From an uncultured archaeon (GTDB lineage Archaea; Asgardarchaeota; Lokiarchaeia; Sigyniarchaeales; SOKP01), in NCBI GenBank assembly GCA_964486045.1, contig CAZALK010000018.1, positions 149-64,148 of the forward strand: a stretch of DNA of 64,000 bases. The letters are read 5' to 3'. The notes below the pieces were generated by a model that saw only the letters and a list, made by a program, of their open reading frames with translations, searched no databases and was not told where the DNA came from. Made by a program: the position numbers and the translations under genes. Below are positions 1-10,132 of the stretch, one piece after another; position 1 is the first letter of the stretch; every line of letters begins with the position of its first letter.

Positions 1-144
1 GATGAATTAGATGAGATTCCGGAGGAAGAGAGCTTCAACCCAAATTATGATGAATTAGATGAGATTCCGGAGGAAGAGAGCTTCAACCCAAATTATGATG
101 AATCAGATGAGATTCCAGAGGAAGAGAGCTTTAACCCAAATGAT
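1..144 (+). repeat. 48-bp coding tandem repeat, at least 3 copies (DELDEIPEEESFNPNY), truncated by the window start
   Basis: Units at 1-48, 49-96 and 97-144 are near-identical and contiguous; frame 1 is open to TGA at 154-156. Confidence 0.9.
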
Positions 145-568
145 TTATTATTATGACAAGCATATTCATTTAGTAGATCAAATCTATGAAGATAAAAATA
201 TGATAAAAAGGGTTTTAGAGGATCGTAATTGTGTACTTCAAAAATTTATTCCAATCTATAAAAGTTCAGAAATCAAAGATCCTTTAAAACAATCAATGAG
301 AATAAGTGATAGTTTTGAAAAATATTTGACTGCAATTAACAGAATTTCAAAATCAGGATGTTTAGTTACCAACAAAGCTTTAGCTAATGAATTATCGATA
401 TTAGTTTATGGAGTAATTAGTAGATTTTTCAAAAGGAATAGAGTTGTAATGAAACAATATGTAGAGATTGATAAAACTAAAAGACCTACTGTATATACCT
501 TAACTAATAAGGGGGTAGAAGGTATTTTATTGATTCAGTATTTTAAAGAATATTACAATTCTATCTAA
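1..568 (+). CDS. Partial acidic-repeat protein with a C-terminal winged-helix-like domain; frame break near 145-181
   Basis: Frame 1 encodes the acidic repeats and stops at 156. Frame 2 (ORF 59..568) carries TNKALANEL...VYTLTNKG, a wHTH-like pattern, and its N-terminus is the off-frame reading of the repeat. Confidence 0.45.
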
Positions 569-675
569 TTCTTTTATCAATTTTTCGATAGCTCCTATCA
601 AAATAACAATCCTTAATTAATTTGATTTCTTTTTCAAAAATATAACATATTGAAATTATATCAAATAGAATAAAA

Positions 676-747
676 ATGAGAAAGATAAATTTTCCATTTT
701 CAGCCATTTTGATAAATTTTTATGTGATTAAGGGTTATTTTGATTAA
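676..747 (+). pseudogene. Relic N-terminus of a chelatase-like paralog (MRKINFPFSAIL...)
   Basis: The first 12 codons match MKKLNFPFTAIL of the downstream gene, then diverge and stop after 23 aa. Confidence 0.6.
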
Positions 748-803
748 GAAAACTACAATTGTAGGTAGTTAATTCTTGGAAGTTTAAGAAAACATCTTGT
801 ATT

Positions 804-3008
804 ATGAAAAAACTCAATTTTCCCTTTACTGCGATCCTTAGTCAAGATAAGATGAAGATGGCATTAGTATTGAATGTTATAGACGCTCAAATAGGTGGAG
901 TTCTTCTTACAGGTCATCAAGGTACAGGAAAGAGCACGGCTGTTCGAAGTCTTGTTGAATTAATGCCGCAAATTGAAGTTGTTAAGGATTGTGAGTTTTC
1001 TTGTGATCCTTATTCTGATATTGACGATTTATGTGCCAACTGTATAAAGAAGAAGGAGAAAGGAAAAGTTGAAACTAAGTTTAGGGACATGTGGTTGGTT
1101 AATCTACCCCTTGGTGTCACTGAAGATATGGTGTGTGGATCTTTATCTATCGATAAAGTGTTGACTGAAGGGATAAGAGCACTACATCCCGGATTATTAG
1201 CAAAAGCTAATCGTGGTATTTTGTATGTAGATGAGATTAATTTACTTCAAGATCATATTGTTGACGTTCTTTTAGATTCTGCTGCCTCAGGAGTAAATAT
1301 AATAGAAAGAGAGGGGATATCTGTGTCTCACCCTTCTAGATTCGTCCTTGTTGGTAGTATGAATCCAGAAGAAGGAGATCTTCGACCACAGATAGCTGAT
1401 CGCTTAGGTTTAGATGTTAGAATCAAAGCTCCAAGAGATTCAAAATTACGTGCTGAAATAACTAGGAGAGTAATTAAATTTGATGATCATCCGAAAGAAT
1501 TTGTTAAGGATTATGAAGATGAACAAAACAAATTAAGGCAGAAAATCCTCAATGCTCGCAAAATTTTAAAAAATGTACAAATCCCTAGTTCTGTATATGA
1601 ATTTGTATCTCAAATCGTTAGCGAGTTAGAGATCTTTTCTCAAAGGGCAGATATCACTTTTATCAGATGTGCTCGGGCTCATGCTGCTCTAAGCACAAGG
1701 AAAAGTATAATAGAGGAAGATTTAAATGTTGCAATGGATTTGGTATTTGAGCATAGAATTCAATCTCTCCATTATGAGATGACACCTGAGGAGATCAAAT
1801 CAAAGATTGCAGAAGTTTACGGGAAAATTAAAGAAGCTTATGAAAATACAAAAGTTTTGCAACCTAATAGGGAGACAGAGGGACCTTTGAAACATGATGA
1901 TGATTCTCAAAAAGAGTTTAAACGTCAATCTGTTGATCCTGATAAAGTAGACATTCCTGAAACAGAAGAACAAAAACTTCCCTCGCCAAAATATCCTGAT
2001 AATAAGAAACGTAATCCAAAACCTGCCGGTGGTTGGAAGGTAAAGAATATCCCCTTGGACAAAGACCTAAAATTCTTTGAAGCCAAAATCGACTCAATGC
2101 CATTTATTTATCAGATGGAAAAGAAAATGACATCAATATTGGATAATATTAGAAAAGATAGAAAAATATCTGATTACGGAGGCAGGGGAATTGGGAGAAG
2201 AATTAAAGTTTCTTCTTACCAGAAAGGAAGATATGTCTCATATAGAACACCTTTAAATGAGCAACCAAAAAGTATTGCTTTAGACGCCACGATAAGGAGT
2301 TATTTAAAAAATATGGCCTACAATGAAACCGATATTGATTTTCCAATCCATTTTAATAAATATGATTTGAGAGACAAAATATATGAATATCGTGCTCCAT
2401 TAGCTTTGTTCTTTGTTCTTGACAGCTCAGCTTCAATGTACTACGTAATTAAACAAATGACAGATGTTATAATTTCTTTACAACGGGAGGGATATAGGAA
2501 AAGAGATAAAATTGCTCTAATTATCTTCCGAGGGAAAGAAGCTATCATTCTCCAGAAACCAACCGTTAATTTTAAATTGGCTGTAAATAAATTAAAAAAA
2601 ATTGAAGGTAAATCGTATACTCCCATGGCAGCCGCATTAAAAAAAGTATCTGACTTAATTAAAGTTGAGAAACTAAAAGACAGAAATGTTATACCAATCG
2701 TATTTGTTTGTAGTGATTGCGGAGCAAATATTTCAGTCAAATATCCAGAGTTGATTGCTCAAATTGAAACTGATTATGTATTAATTACTCGAGAACTAAG
2801 AGAATTAACAAAAAAATTATCAAAACAAAAAATCCATATGGTTGTTTTAGAACCTCGCAAGTCTTGGGCGACCCAAAATTTAGGAGTCCATTCGTATTCA
2901 GCAGAGAAGATAAAAAAGAACTTCAAAAAATATGCGAGTGCTCAAGTGTATAAATTCAATAAATATAATCCTAACTCATTAATTCTTGAACTAAAAAAGA
3001 TTCTCTAA
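804..3008 (+). CDS. Mg/Co-chelatase ChlI/ChlD-like AAA+ ATPase with C-terminal vWA domain
   Basis: Walker A GHQGTGKS, PGLLAKANRGILYVDEINLL, MNPEEG, and vWA MIDAS motif DSSASM. Confidence 0.9.
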   Translation: MKKLNFPFTAILSQDKMKMALVLNVIDAQIGGVLLTGHQGTGKSTAVRSLVELMPQIEVVKDCEFSCDPYSDIDDLCANCIKKKEKGKVETKFRDMWLVNLPLGVTEDMVCGSLSIDKVLTEGIRALHPGLLAKANRGILYVDEINLLQDHIVDVLLDSAASGVNIIEREGISVSHPSRFVLVGSMNPEEGDLRPQIADRLGLDVRIKAPRDSKLRAEITRRVIKFDDHPKEFVKDYEDEQNKLRQKILNARKILKNVQIPSSVYEFVSQIVSELEIFSQRADITFIRCARAHAALSTRKSIIEEDLNVAMDLVFEHRIQSLHYEMTPEEIKSKIAEVYGKIKEAYENTKVLQPNRETEGPLKHDDDSQKEFKRQSVDPDKVDIPETEEQKLPSPKYPDNKKRNPKPAGGWKVKNIPLDKDLKFFEAKIDSMPFIYQMEKKMTSILDNIRKDRKISDYGGRGIGRRIKVSSYQKGRYVSYRTPLNEQPKSIALDATIRSYLKNMAYNETDIDFPIHFNKYDLRDKIYEYRAPLALFFVLDSSASMYYVIKQMTDVIISLQREGYRKRDKIALIIFRGKEAIILQKPTVNFKLAVNKLKKIEGKSYTPMAAALKKVSDLIKVEKLKDRNVIPIVFVCSDCGANISVKYPELIAQIETDYVLITRELRELTKKLSKQKIHMVVLEPRKSWATQNLGVHSYSAEKIKKNFKKYASAQVYKFNKYNPNSLILELKKIL

Positions 3009-3056
3009 CTTACTCTCCTAAAAACTTCTTAAATTTTATATTCCAAATCTTAATTA

Positions 3057-4307
3057 ATGGTAGAGTATACAAAATCCATTCTCGTTGTAGGTTTTAATAC
3101 AAGACCAATAGCTTACTCCTTGAAGAAAGCTGGTTATATTGTTTACGCTGTAGACTTTTTTGGAGATTTGGACCTATATCCAAATGTTAAAGATAGTTTT
3201 GTTCTAACAAAGGAGTTAGATACCGATTATAGTGCAATTAAAGACAAGTATAGTATGTTACTGGCTAAATTCGCTATAAAAATGTTGAGAAAATATCCTG
3301 AAATAGATTACTTATTGATTGGGAGTGGGCTTGATGATGCTTTTGAAGAACGATTAACCATTTTAAATGATATAAAAGATAAAAATTATAAAATAAAAAA
3401 TCTGAATAATGATATTAAAACAATCGAAAATGCTCGTGATATTGAGCAAATTTATAAATATCTAAAATTCAATAAATTTACGGTCCCATTTTCCATTAAT
3501 TACCAAAATCTCAAATTTTATAAACATAAACTGCAATTTCCCATCATTTTTAAAAAATTTAGAAGTGCTGGGGGGATCAATGTAATAAAATTGGAAAATT
3601 TTGAAGAATTATCAACTCCAATTAAGAATTTTGGGTTTAAGCCATTTAATCCTTCAGATTGGTTAATTCAAGAATATATCGAGGGGATACCTATTAGTTG
3701 TACAACAATTTCAAATGGGAGAGATTGCGAAATAATCTCAATAAATCGTCAAATTATTGGTGAAAAACTCCTAAATCCTCCTAAAGAATTTATGTATTGT
3801 GGTAACATTGTACCGTCAGGTTTGGCTAAAAAAGATGAGAAATTGATATCAGCGACGTCAAAGATGCTAACTCTCGAATTAGAATTGAAAGGAATTAATG
3901 GATTTGATTATGTTTTAAAACATCATTATCCTTATTTAATGGAAATTAATCCAAGAATCCCTGGTTCAATCAGCGCGTCTGAAAAAAGTCTTGATCTAAA
4001 TATTTTAGATTTACATGTAAAAAGTTTTGATTTGAATCAATGGGATTCAGTGAAAAAATCTATAAAATCAGCAAAATCAAAAGGATTTACGACGAAACTT
4101 ATATTTTTTGCTCCAAAAGAAATTGATAAAAATTTGATTATTAAGATAAACAATCTTGAATATATCCACGATAAAAGTGAACCAAATAAGAACATATTAA
4201 AAGGAGAACCTTTATGCACTATTTTATACAAAGCACATAGTCTCTCAGAGTCATATAATGGTGCCCAGAGAATTGTAACCGAAATTAATAATATTATTGA
4301 TAGTTAA
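3057..4307 (+). CDS. ATP-grasp family carboligase (COG2232-like)
   Basis: VDFFGDLD, IQEYIEG, YCGN, GFD and EINPR motifs. Confidence 0.8.
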   Translation: MVEYTKSILVVGFNTRPIAYSLKKAGYIVYAVDFFGDLDLYPNVKDSFVLTKELDTDYSAIKDKYSMLLAKFAIKMLRKYPEIDYLLIGSGLDDAFEERLTILNDIKDKNYKIKNLNNDIKTIENARDIEQIYKYLKFNKFTVPFSINYQNLKFYKHKLQFPIIFKKFRSAGGINVIKLENFEELSTPIKNFGFKPFNPSDWLIQEYIEGIPISCTTISNGRDCEIISINRQIIGEKLLNPPKEFMYCGNIVPSGLAKKDEKLISATSKMLTLELELKGINGFDYVLKHHYPYLMEINPRIPGSISASEKSLDLNILDLHVKSFDLNQWDSVKKSIKSAKSKGFTTKLIFFAPKEIDKNLIIKINNLEYIHDKSEPNKNILKGEPLCTILYKAHSLSESYNGAQRIVTEINNIIDS

Positions 4308-4828
4308 AGATTTTTCATTATTTCCTTTAATAATACATTAAATGCTAAATTAACATTTTCATCAGTTTTAGAGGATATTTTTATAAAATCTAAGAAACTA
4401 TATTTATTCTTATAGAAAACAGCATGTTTATCATCAACAACGATTGAATCAGATAAGTCTAATTTGGTTCCTAAAAAAACAATTGGTAAAGATGAATCTT
4501 TTCCTCTAAAAATATCAACCCAGCCATCCATTTGCTCCAAACTCGATTTGTTAGTAAGATCAAAAAGTAATAAACCTCCACTTGCTCCTGTAGCATAGTT
4601 CTTTAATATGTGGCGATAATCTTGTTGTCCACCAAAATCCCACAGTTGAAGATCGACTTGTGTGCCCTCGACATTGAATTTCTTCCAAAAAAAATCAACT
4701 CCTAACGTTGATTTTAAATCTATTAAAAATTTACCCTCAACATACCGATAGAGAAGTGTAGTCTTCCCAACTCCCGCATCCCCCCCAGTAATAATTTTAA
4801 AAAGTTTTGACGACATTTTTTCACCCAA
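4304..4828 (-). CDS. Rab-like small GTPase
   Basis: G1 GDAGVGKT, G2 TLGVDF, G3 WDFGGQ, G4 TKLD, G5 SSK; no C-terminal prenylation Cys. Confidence 0.92.
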   Translation of the reverse strand: MGEKMSSKLFKIITGGDAGVGKTTLLYRYVEGKFLIDLKSTLGVDFFWKKFNVEGTQVDLQLWDFGGQQDYRHILKNYATGASGGLLLFDLTNKSSLEQMDGWVDIFRGKDSSLPIVFLGTKLDLSDSIVVDDKHAVFYKNKYSFLDFIKISSKTDENVNLAFNVLLKEIMKNL

Positions 4829-4874
4829 TTCCTAATAATACATATCGCTTCGCTAGCCAGAGCCATTCTATTTG

Positions 4875-5621
4875 TTATATAACCTTCATTATTATCGCTT
4901 TTATTTTCGCGATATATGATCCTAATTTTCTCTCATCTGATTCTGGAACCGCAAGTGCGAGGATTCTATTCTCGTCTAAGTCATGTAAGATCACAGAACC
5001 GTTTTCTCCTCCAATAATGGAATATTCCATTCCGCTTTCTAACAAAACTCCAGATAGGTTATATAAAGCGGCTACCATGGCTGAAAGAATTGGTTCAGGC
5101 ATTGTGGATTGAATTTTAATCGGCAATCCATCTTTCGTTATTATTGCTAATACAAGTGTGTTAGGAATTGCTCTTTTCAATCCCTTAAATATTTCCTCTT
5201 TTAAAATAGCGGATGTCTCAATTACAGCATTTATCTGTAAACTTAATTTTTGTAATCTACTTATATGAGAATCTAATCCTTCAAGCTCTGCTAATTCACG
5301 ATCTAAATAGATTATCATGGTGATTGATTCTGCTAAAATTGAAAGGACAATCTTCTCCTTGCCCATTATCAAATTATAAGAAACATCTTGATTTAAGCTA
5401 TCTTTTAGCATTTTAGATGAAAGGAAAACAAGACTACTATTAGCGGCTGTCACTTCTCCCATTGTCATTTTTAAATCCTTTTTAAATACACCTGCTATTT
5501 TTGTGCCTTCAGGTGTTCCAATATTGATGCCCTTTATAGCAGCTGAGGATTCAAGTTCTTTCTCAATTATTTTTGATACATCTTTTTGTAATTCTTCTAG
5601 TATTTCATCTTGTTTTTCCAT
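4875..5621 (-). CDS. Tandem roadblock/LC7-domain protein
   Basis: Two ~120-aa repeats with roadblock pattern (INIGTPEG.. and LAIITKDGLPI...LSAMVAAL); directly upstream of the GTPase on the same strand. Confidence 0.8.
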   Translation of the reverse strand: MEKQDEILEELQKDVSKIIEKELESSAAIKGINIGTPEGTKIAGVFKKDLKMTMGEVTAANSSLVFLSSKMLKDSLNQDVSYNLIMGKEKIVLSILAESITMIIYLDRELAELEGLDSHISRLQKLSLQINAVIETSAILKEEIFKGLKRAIPNTLVLAIITKDGLPIKIQSTMPEPILSAMVAALYNLSGVLLESGMEYSIIGGENGSVILHDLDENRILALAVPESDERKLGSYIAKIKAIIMKVI

Positions 5622-5720
5622 AATTGCTTATTGTATATTTTTTTGAAAATAAAAAGATATTCTTATAATTTAATAATAATTTCAAGATTAGTTATACAAA
5701 ACCAGATGAATTATTAGAAG

Positions 5721-6836
5721 ATGGAAATAAAATCAAATACATATGTAATTATTTTAGCAGCAGGATATGCAACAAGATTGAGACCAATATCAAATAGAAT
5801 TCCAAAACCATTAATAGATATTAATGGTAAAACTCTTATTTCCAGAATAATCTCTAATTTCAGAGAAGCGGGGTTCACTAAATTTTGCGTTGTTGTTGGA
5901 TATAAAAAAGAATTAATTAAAAAAGAATTGTTAAGACACAAAGATCTTAATGTCTCTATGATTGATCAAGATAAACCAACTGGAATGGCTGATGCTTTTG
6001 CTTTAGCGCTGGATTTTATTCTCCAAAAAGAAGGAAATATTTCTAGTTTTTTTATTTCTGCTGCTGATATTATTTTCTCTAAGGAAGAAATATTGAAAAT
6101 TTATAACCTTTACAGTTATTCAGATATTGTTTTAAGTCTAATGAAATCGAATGATAATGATATAGCCAAAGGGCACGGAAATGTTAAAATATCATATGAT
6201 TCTGATTTTACTAAAGATAATGATCCGGGTCAAGGTCTAGGGATAATTGACATTATTGAAAAGCCACTAGTTCACCAAATTATGAGCCAATATTATTCTT
6301 TACCCCTGTATTTGGTGGATCGAGAAATTTTGTATTCTATGAGTCAATTAGAGGTTTCTGAACGTGGTGAAAAAGAGTTTCAAGATATCCTCAAAAGAGC
6401 GATATCAAACGGGATGAATATACGAGGAATCCGAATTGTGGATCCTGTAATTACAATTAAGAATGTGGGAGGTTTTCACCTAACTAATTTAAAGGATATT
6501 TTAGAAATGAACAAAAGATTCCTTTCAGGCGTTAATACAAATCAATTGGAGGATAGATCGCACAAAATATTTGAACCCGTGAGGATTGGAGATCACATAA
6601 TAATTGGAAATGATGTAATAATCGGACCCTATGTCAATATTGGTAAATTTTGTCAAATTGGACAATACTGTGAATTGACAAATGTTATTCTTTATGATAA
6701 CGTAACAATAGGTAAATCTAGTAAGTTAGATTGGTGTATCGTTGATAAAAATGTTATAATACCAGAGAATTTTCATGTAGAAGATTGTTTTATAACAAAA
6801 AATAATAAAAAGGAATTAGAAATCATAAATTTTTAA
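5721..6836 (+). CDS. NDP-sugar pyrophosphorylase with C-terminal hexapeptide repeats
   Basis: ILAAGYATRLRP...PKPL, EKP, and left-handed beta-helix repeats. Confidence 0.88.
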   Translation: MEIKSNTYVIILAAGYATRLRPISNRIPKPLIDINGKTLISRIISNFREAGFTKFCVVVGYKKELIKKELLRHKDLNVSMIDQDKPTGMADAFALALDFILQKEGNISSFFISAADIIFSKEEILKIYNLYSYSDIVLSLMKSNDNDIAKGHGNVKISYDSDFTKDNDPGQGLGIIDIIEKPLVHQIMSQYYSLPLYLVDREILYSMSQLEVSERGEKEFQDILKRAISNGMNIRGIRIVDPVITIKNVGGFHLTNLKDILEMNKRFLSGVNTNQLEDRSHKIFEPVRIGDHIIIGNDVIIGPYVNIGKFCQIGQYCELTNVILYDNVTIGKSSKLDWCIVDKNVIIPENFHVEDCFITKNNKKELEIINF

Positions 6837-6876
6837 ATCTTAATCGATATAGTAAAAATTATAAATAAGAAATATT

Positions 6877-7689
6877 GTGATTCTGATAATGGATCCTGAA
6901 TTTAAAAAGCAGCTTGAGATTAAAGATAATCTCCTTCGCTTAAAGGATGAACAAGTGAAAACTCTTGAAAGTTCACTAAATTTAAAAGATGAGCAAATAA
7001 AGACGCTTGAGAATTCATTAAACATTAAAGATGATAAAGCATTGACTTTAGAAAAAACAATAGAGCTAAAGGAAGACGAAATCAGGAAATTAACTTCATC
7101 TTCAATAAATAAGAATGTTCTAAAAGAAAACAATGAGAAAATTCAGAAACTTGAGAAGGAGATTGAGATTTTAAATGGAGAACTTGGCAAGGCAGATGAG
7201 GAGTTAGAAGGTCTAGAATTAGAAAATGAAAAATTAAGGAATCTTCACACAGAGCCTACAGATGTAAAGATAGTTGATTTTACCAATGTAAACATTTCTA
7301 AATCTGAGATTCTCGAGAAAATGAGGGAAATTGTTCCAAACTCTAATGCCAGTCTATTGATTGTAACTCCTAAAATTGAGGATTTACAAGAACTCTATTT
7401 ATATGAAGTCAAAGCATCAGTCAGTGTAAGAGTTGCCTGCTCAATAAATCCCGGTATTGAAGAACATTCTGAACTTTTGGAAGAATATGAGAGTCTAGAT
7501 AATATTACTCTTAAGAATTACAACTTGGAAGATAAATATGCATTAGTGAGAGATGGAGAAGAATTGCTATATGCTGTAACTGGCAAGTCTGAAAATAATT
7601 ATTTGGTAATACATACTAAAGATCCGAATCATATCAAGCTTTTAAATGCTTTACCATTAGAAGTTTGGATACGAAGTAGAAAAGTATAA
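6877..7689 (+). CDS. Coiled-coil protein (14-aa repeats) with a TrmB-effector/PLD-like C-terminal domain
   Basis: LKDEQVKTLESSLN-type repeats; C-terminal LLIVTP...VRVAC...ALVRDGEELL pattern with no HKD motif. Confidence 0.55.
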   Translation: MILIMDPEFKKQLEIKDNLLRLKDEQVKTLESSLNLKDEQIKTLENSLNIKDDKALTLEKTIELKEDEIRKLTSSSINKNVLKENNEKIQKLEKEIEILNGELGKADEELEGLELENEKLRNLHTEPTDVKIVDFTNVNISKSEILEKMREIVPNSNASLLIVTPKIEDLQELYLYEVKASVSVRVACSINPGIEEHSELLEEYESLDNITLKNYNLEDKYALVRDGEELLYAVTGKSENNYLVIHTKDPNHIKLLNALPLEVWIRSRKV

Positions 7690-7740
7690 AGAATTCTTTA
7701 TTTTAAACCTCGGTAATATATAAATTTGCTCGAGAGCTAA

Positions 7741-8592
7741 TTATATTTCAATATAACTCCTTTTTTTCTTGTTAAAATGAGCCAACTGATCATACCCTAT
7801 CCTTTTCAAAACTTTTAAAACTTTTTTAAATTTCCATGCAATATCATTCGGTTTGTGAGCATCAGATCCTAGTAAAATTGGGATATCGAGAGAATACATC
7901 TCTTTTAAGATTTTAATGCTTGGATATTGTTCCTTACATGGCTTTCTTAACCCACTAGTGTTAACTTCAACTGTTTTATCTTTTGTTTTAATCAATTCTA
8001 AAGTTTTCATAACCTCCTCAAAGACTTCCTCTTTATTACTAGGCTTATCATTGAATTTTTTTGGTAAATCGAGGTGTCCAACAACATCAAATTCAAAATC
8101 TTCTGATTTAAGCATCTTTCGCAACTTTCTGAAATAATTTATATAAACCTCCTGAGTTCCATAGTACCGAAAGTCTCTTTTAAACCTTGGATCATCAAAA
8201 CCCCATGCTCCTCTCCCATCTCGGAAATTTAAAATATGGATCGAGCCTAAAATATAATCTAATCTATTTTTGATTTTATTTAGATGGTCATTCAGTGATA
8301 GTTCTTGATTTTTCAAATAATCTACTTCAAATCCTATTCGAACATTGATATTAGTGGCGAACTTCTCTTTTAACTTTTCTGCGGTTGAGAGATAATCCTC
8401 AATTTCAGGTAAAGTGATTGCATATTCTTCATACGGAATCCTTTCAATATTCTTCAGAAATTCCATTGGAAAGTGATCACTCATGCCTATAGTTTCCAGT
8501 TTGTCCTTTATAGCTTGACTTAAATAATCTTCAATCGAACCAACCGCGTGATGACACATTTCATTATGTGTATGCCAATCTTCTAAAGCCAT
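7741..8592 (-). CDS. PHP-family histidinol-phosphatase (HisJ/HisK type)
   Basis: DWHTH, SDH, GSIH, GHLDLPKK, EVNTSG and GSDAH motifs; start trimmed to ATG 8592 (MALEDWHTH). Confidence 0.88.
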   Translation of the reverse strand: MALEDWHTHNEMCHHAVGSIEDYLSQAIKDKLETIGMSDHFPMEFLKNIERIPYEEYAITLPEIEDYLSTAEKLKEKFATNINVRIGFEVDYLKNQELSLNDHLNKIKNRLDYILGSIHILNFRDGRGAWGFDDPRFKRDFRYYGTQEVYINYFRKLRKMLKSEDFEFDVVGHLDLPKKFNDKPSNKEEVFEEVMKTLELIKTKDKTVEVNTSGLRKPCKEQYPSIKILKEMYSLDIPILLGSDAHKPNDIAWKFKKVLKVLKRIGYDQLAHFNKKKRSYIEI

Positions 8593-8676
8593 TCTACATA
8601 TATCCAATAATTTAAGCAAGATAAAATTAATGATTACACGATCTATACAAATAATTTTTATAATAAAAAATACGTA

Positions 8677-9183
8677 ATGATGGGGGATTACAAATTGGAT
8701 GGATACCATATGAGAAGGAAAGAAAAGGAAATAACTGATAATAGAGAAATACTTGATATTATAAAAAAGGGGAGATTTACTTCAATTTCGATGAGTAAGC
8801 AAAATGAGCCCTACATTATTACCTTAAGTTATGGCTATGACCAAGCTAAACATGCATTTTATTTCCACTGTGCCAAAGATGGGCAAAAAATCGAGTTGAT
8901 AAACTCCAATCCACAAGTTTGTGGAACAATAATAGAAGATAATGGTTATGACGAAGAGTGTGTTCAAAAGTTTCGATCAATAGTATATAGAGGAACTATT
9001 ACGATTATCACAGAAATTGAAGAAAAAAAACACGGATTTGAGATACTAATAAATCATTTAGAGAAAAATCCTAGTGAAACGAAGAAAAAATTACTAACGA
9101 GTGAGGAAGAATATATAAAACCAGCAATTTTAAGATTGGATATAACAGAACTCACATGTAAAGAAGAGAAAGCTGGATCATAA
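8677..9183 (+). CDS. Pyridoxamine 5'-phosphate oxidase-like (NimA family) flavin-binding protein
   Basis: MRRKEKEI, PYIITLSYGY and YFHCAKDGQK motifs. Confidence 0.85.
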   Translation: MMGDYKLDGYHMRRKEKEITDNREILDIIKKGRFTSISMSKQNEPYIITLSYGYDQAKHAFYFHCAKDGQKIELINSNPQVCGTIIEDNGYDEECVQKFRSIVYRGTITIITEIEEKKHGFEILINHLEKNPSETKKKLLTSEEEYIKPAILRLDITELTCKEEKAGS

Positions 9184-9217
9184 ATTAATACTTCTAGGTG
9201 ATGTCCGTTTTATTGAT

Positions 9218-10003
9218 TCATAATTTTATACACTTAAACACAGTTTGCCAACAATATTCTTTAAGAAACTTAATTCTATATAAAGGTTTTTCAATTAAAT
9301 TAAAAACCTTATAAGCAATTTTAAAAATATAAGGTTTATTAATAAATCTATTAAAATACATAGCAAGTGGAGATAAAAGAAAGAACTCGTAATGCTCCAA
9401 GTTTCCAAATATTTTCCCGGTATTAATAATATCGCTAATAAATAACGGGTGTTCATGTATCGTACGTTCTTTAGGGGCAAAGAATTTCCTGTTTATTTCT
9501 ACTATTGGATTTTTCTTTAAAGGCTCAATAAAAACAATAAATCCTTTTTTTTTAAGTAATCCTTTGCACTTATTGAAAAATAAACTTATATCGGGTAGAT
9601 GGTGGATAATTCTTGATCCCAGAATAATGTCAAAAGATTCTTCCTCGAAATCTGGGATTTGGGCATTCATTACTTTAAATTCTATAGATAAGCCTAGGAT
9701 TTTTGATTTTTCTTTACAATGTTCAATTAGGTTACTTGAAAGGTCGATTCCCATTACATTAGCTCCTTCTTGGGCAAGGTAAAAAGCTAATGAACCCGTA
9801 CCACATCCTACATCTAAAACTCTCTTTCCTTTAACATTTCCTAAGATTTGTTTCAACTTTAAATTGGCTATCCGAAAAAATTGTTCTTTTTCTAGATCAT
9901 ATTCTGAAATAGAGGTGGGTTTCATCTTACCGTAGTATTCTCTTTCATTTTCAAAAATTTTATCATATTTCGAAAGTAATTTCTGTCTTTCCTCTAAATC
10001 CAT
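9218..10003 (-). CDS. Class I SAM-dependent methyltransferase
   Basis: VLDVGCGTG, GIDLS and FDII motifs. Confidence 0.88.
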   Translation of the reverse strand: MDLEERQKLLSKYDKIFENEREYYGKMKPTSISEYDLEKEQFFRIANLKLKQILGNVKGKRVLDVGCGTGSLAFYLAQEGANVMGIDLSSNLIEHCKEKSKILGLSIEFKVMNAQIPDFEEESFDIILGSRIIHHLPDISLFFNKCKGLLKKKGFIVFIEPLKKNPIVEINRKFFAPKERTIHEHPLFISDIINTGKIFGNLEHYEFFLLSPLAMYFNRFINKPYIFKIAYKVFNLIEKPLYRIKFLKEYCWQTVFKCIKL

Positions 10004-10132
10004 TCTAAACTATCAAATCCTTTTTATGATTTAGCTTAATCTGATTTATATGCTCTATTTATTTCTTTTACTTTAACTTTTATTAGGATATAAAATTTAT
10101 TTTAACTGAAATATGTATCTAAGTTTTTATTA

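Noticed and set aside
1-144. CRISPR array
   Set aside because: The repeats are contiguous with no spacers, and the unit is a multiple of 3 encoding a sensible peptide.
804-3008. Evidence for chlorophyll synthesis
   Set aside because: ChlI/ChlD-like AAA-vWA proteins are widespread in non-phototrophic archaea, and no chlH or other pathway genes are present.
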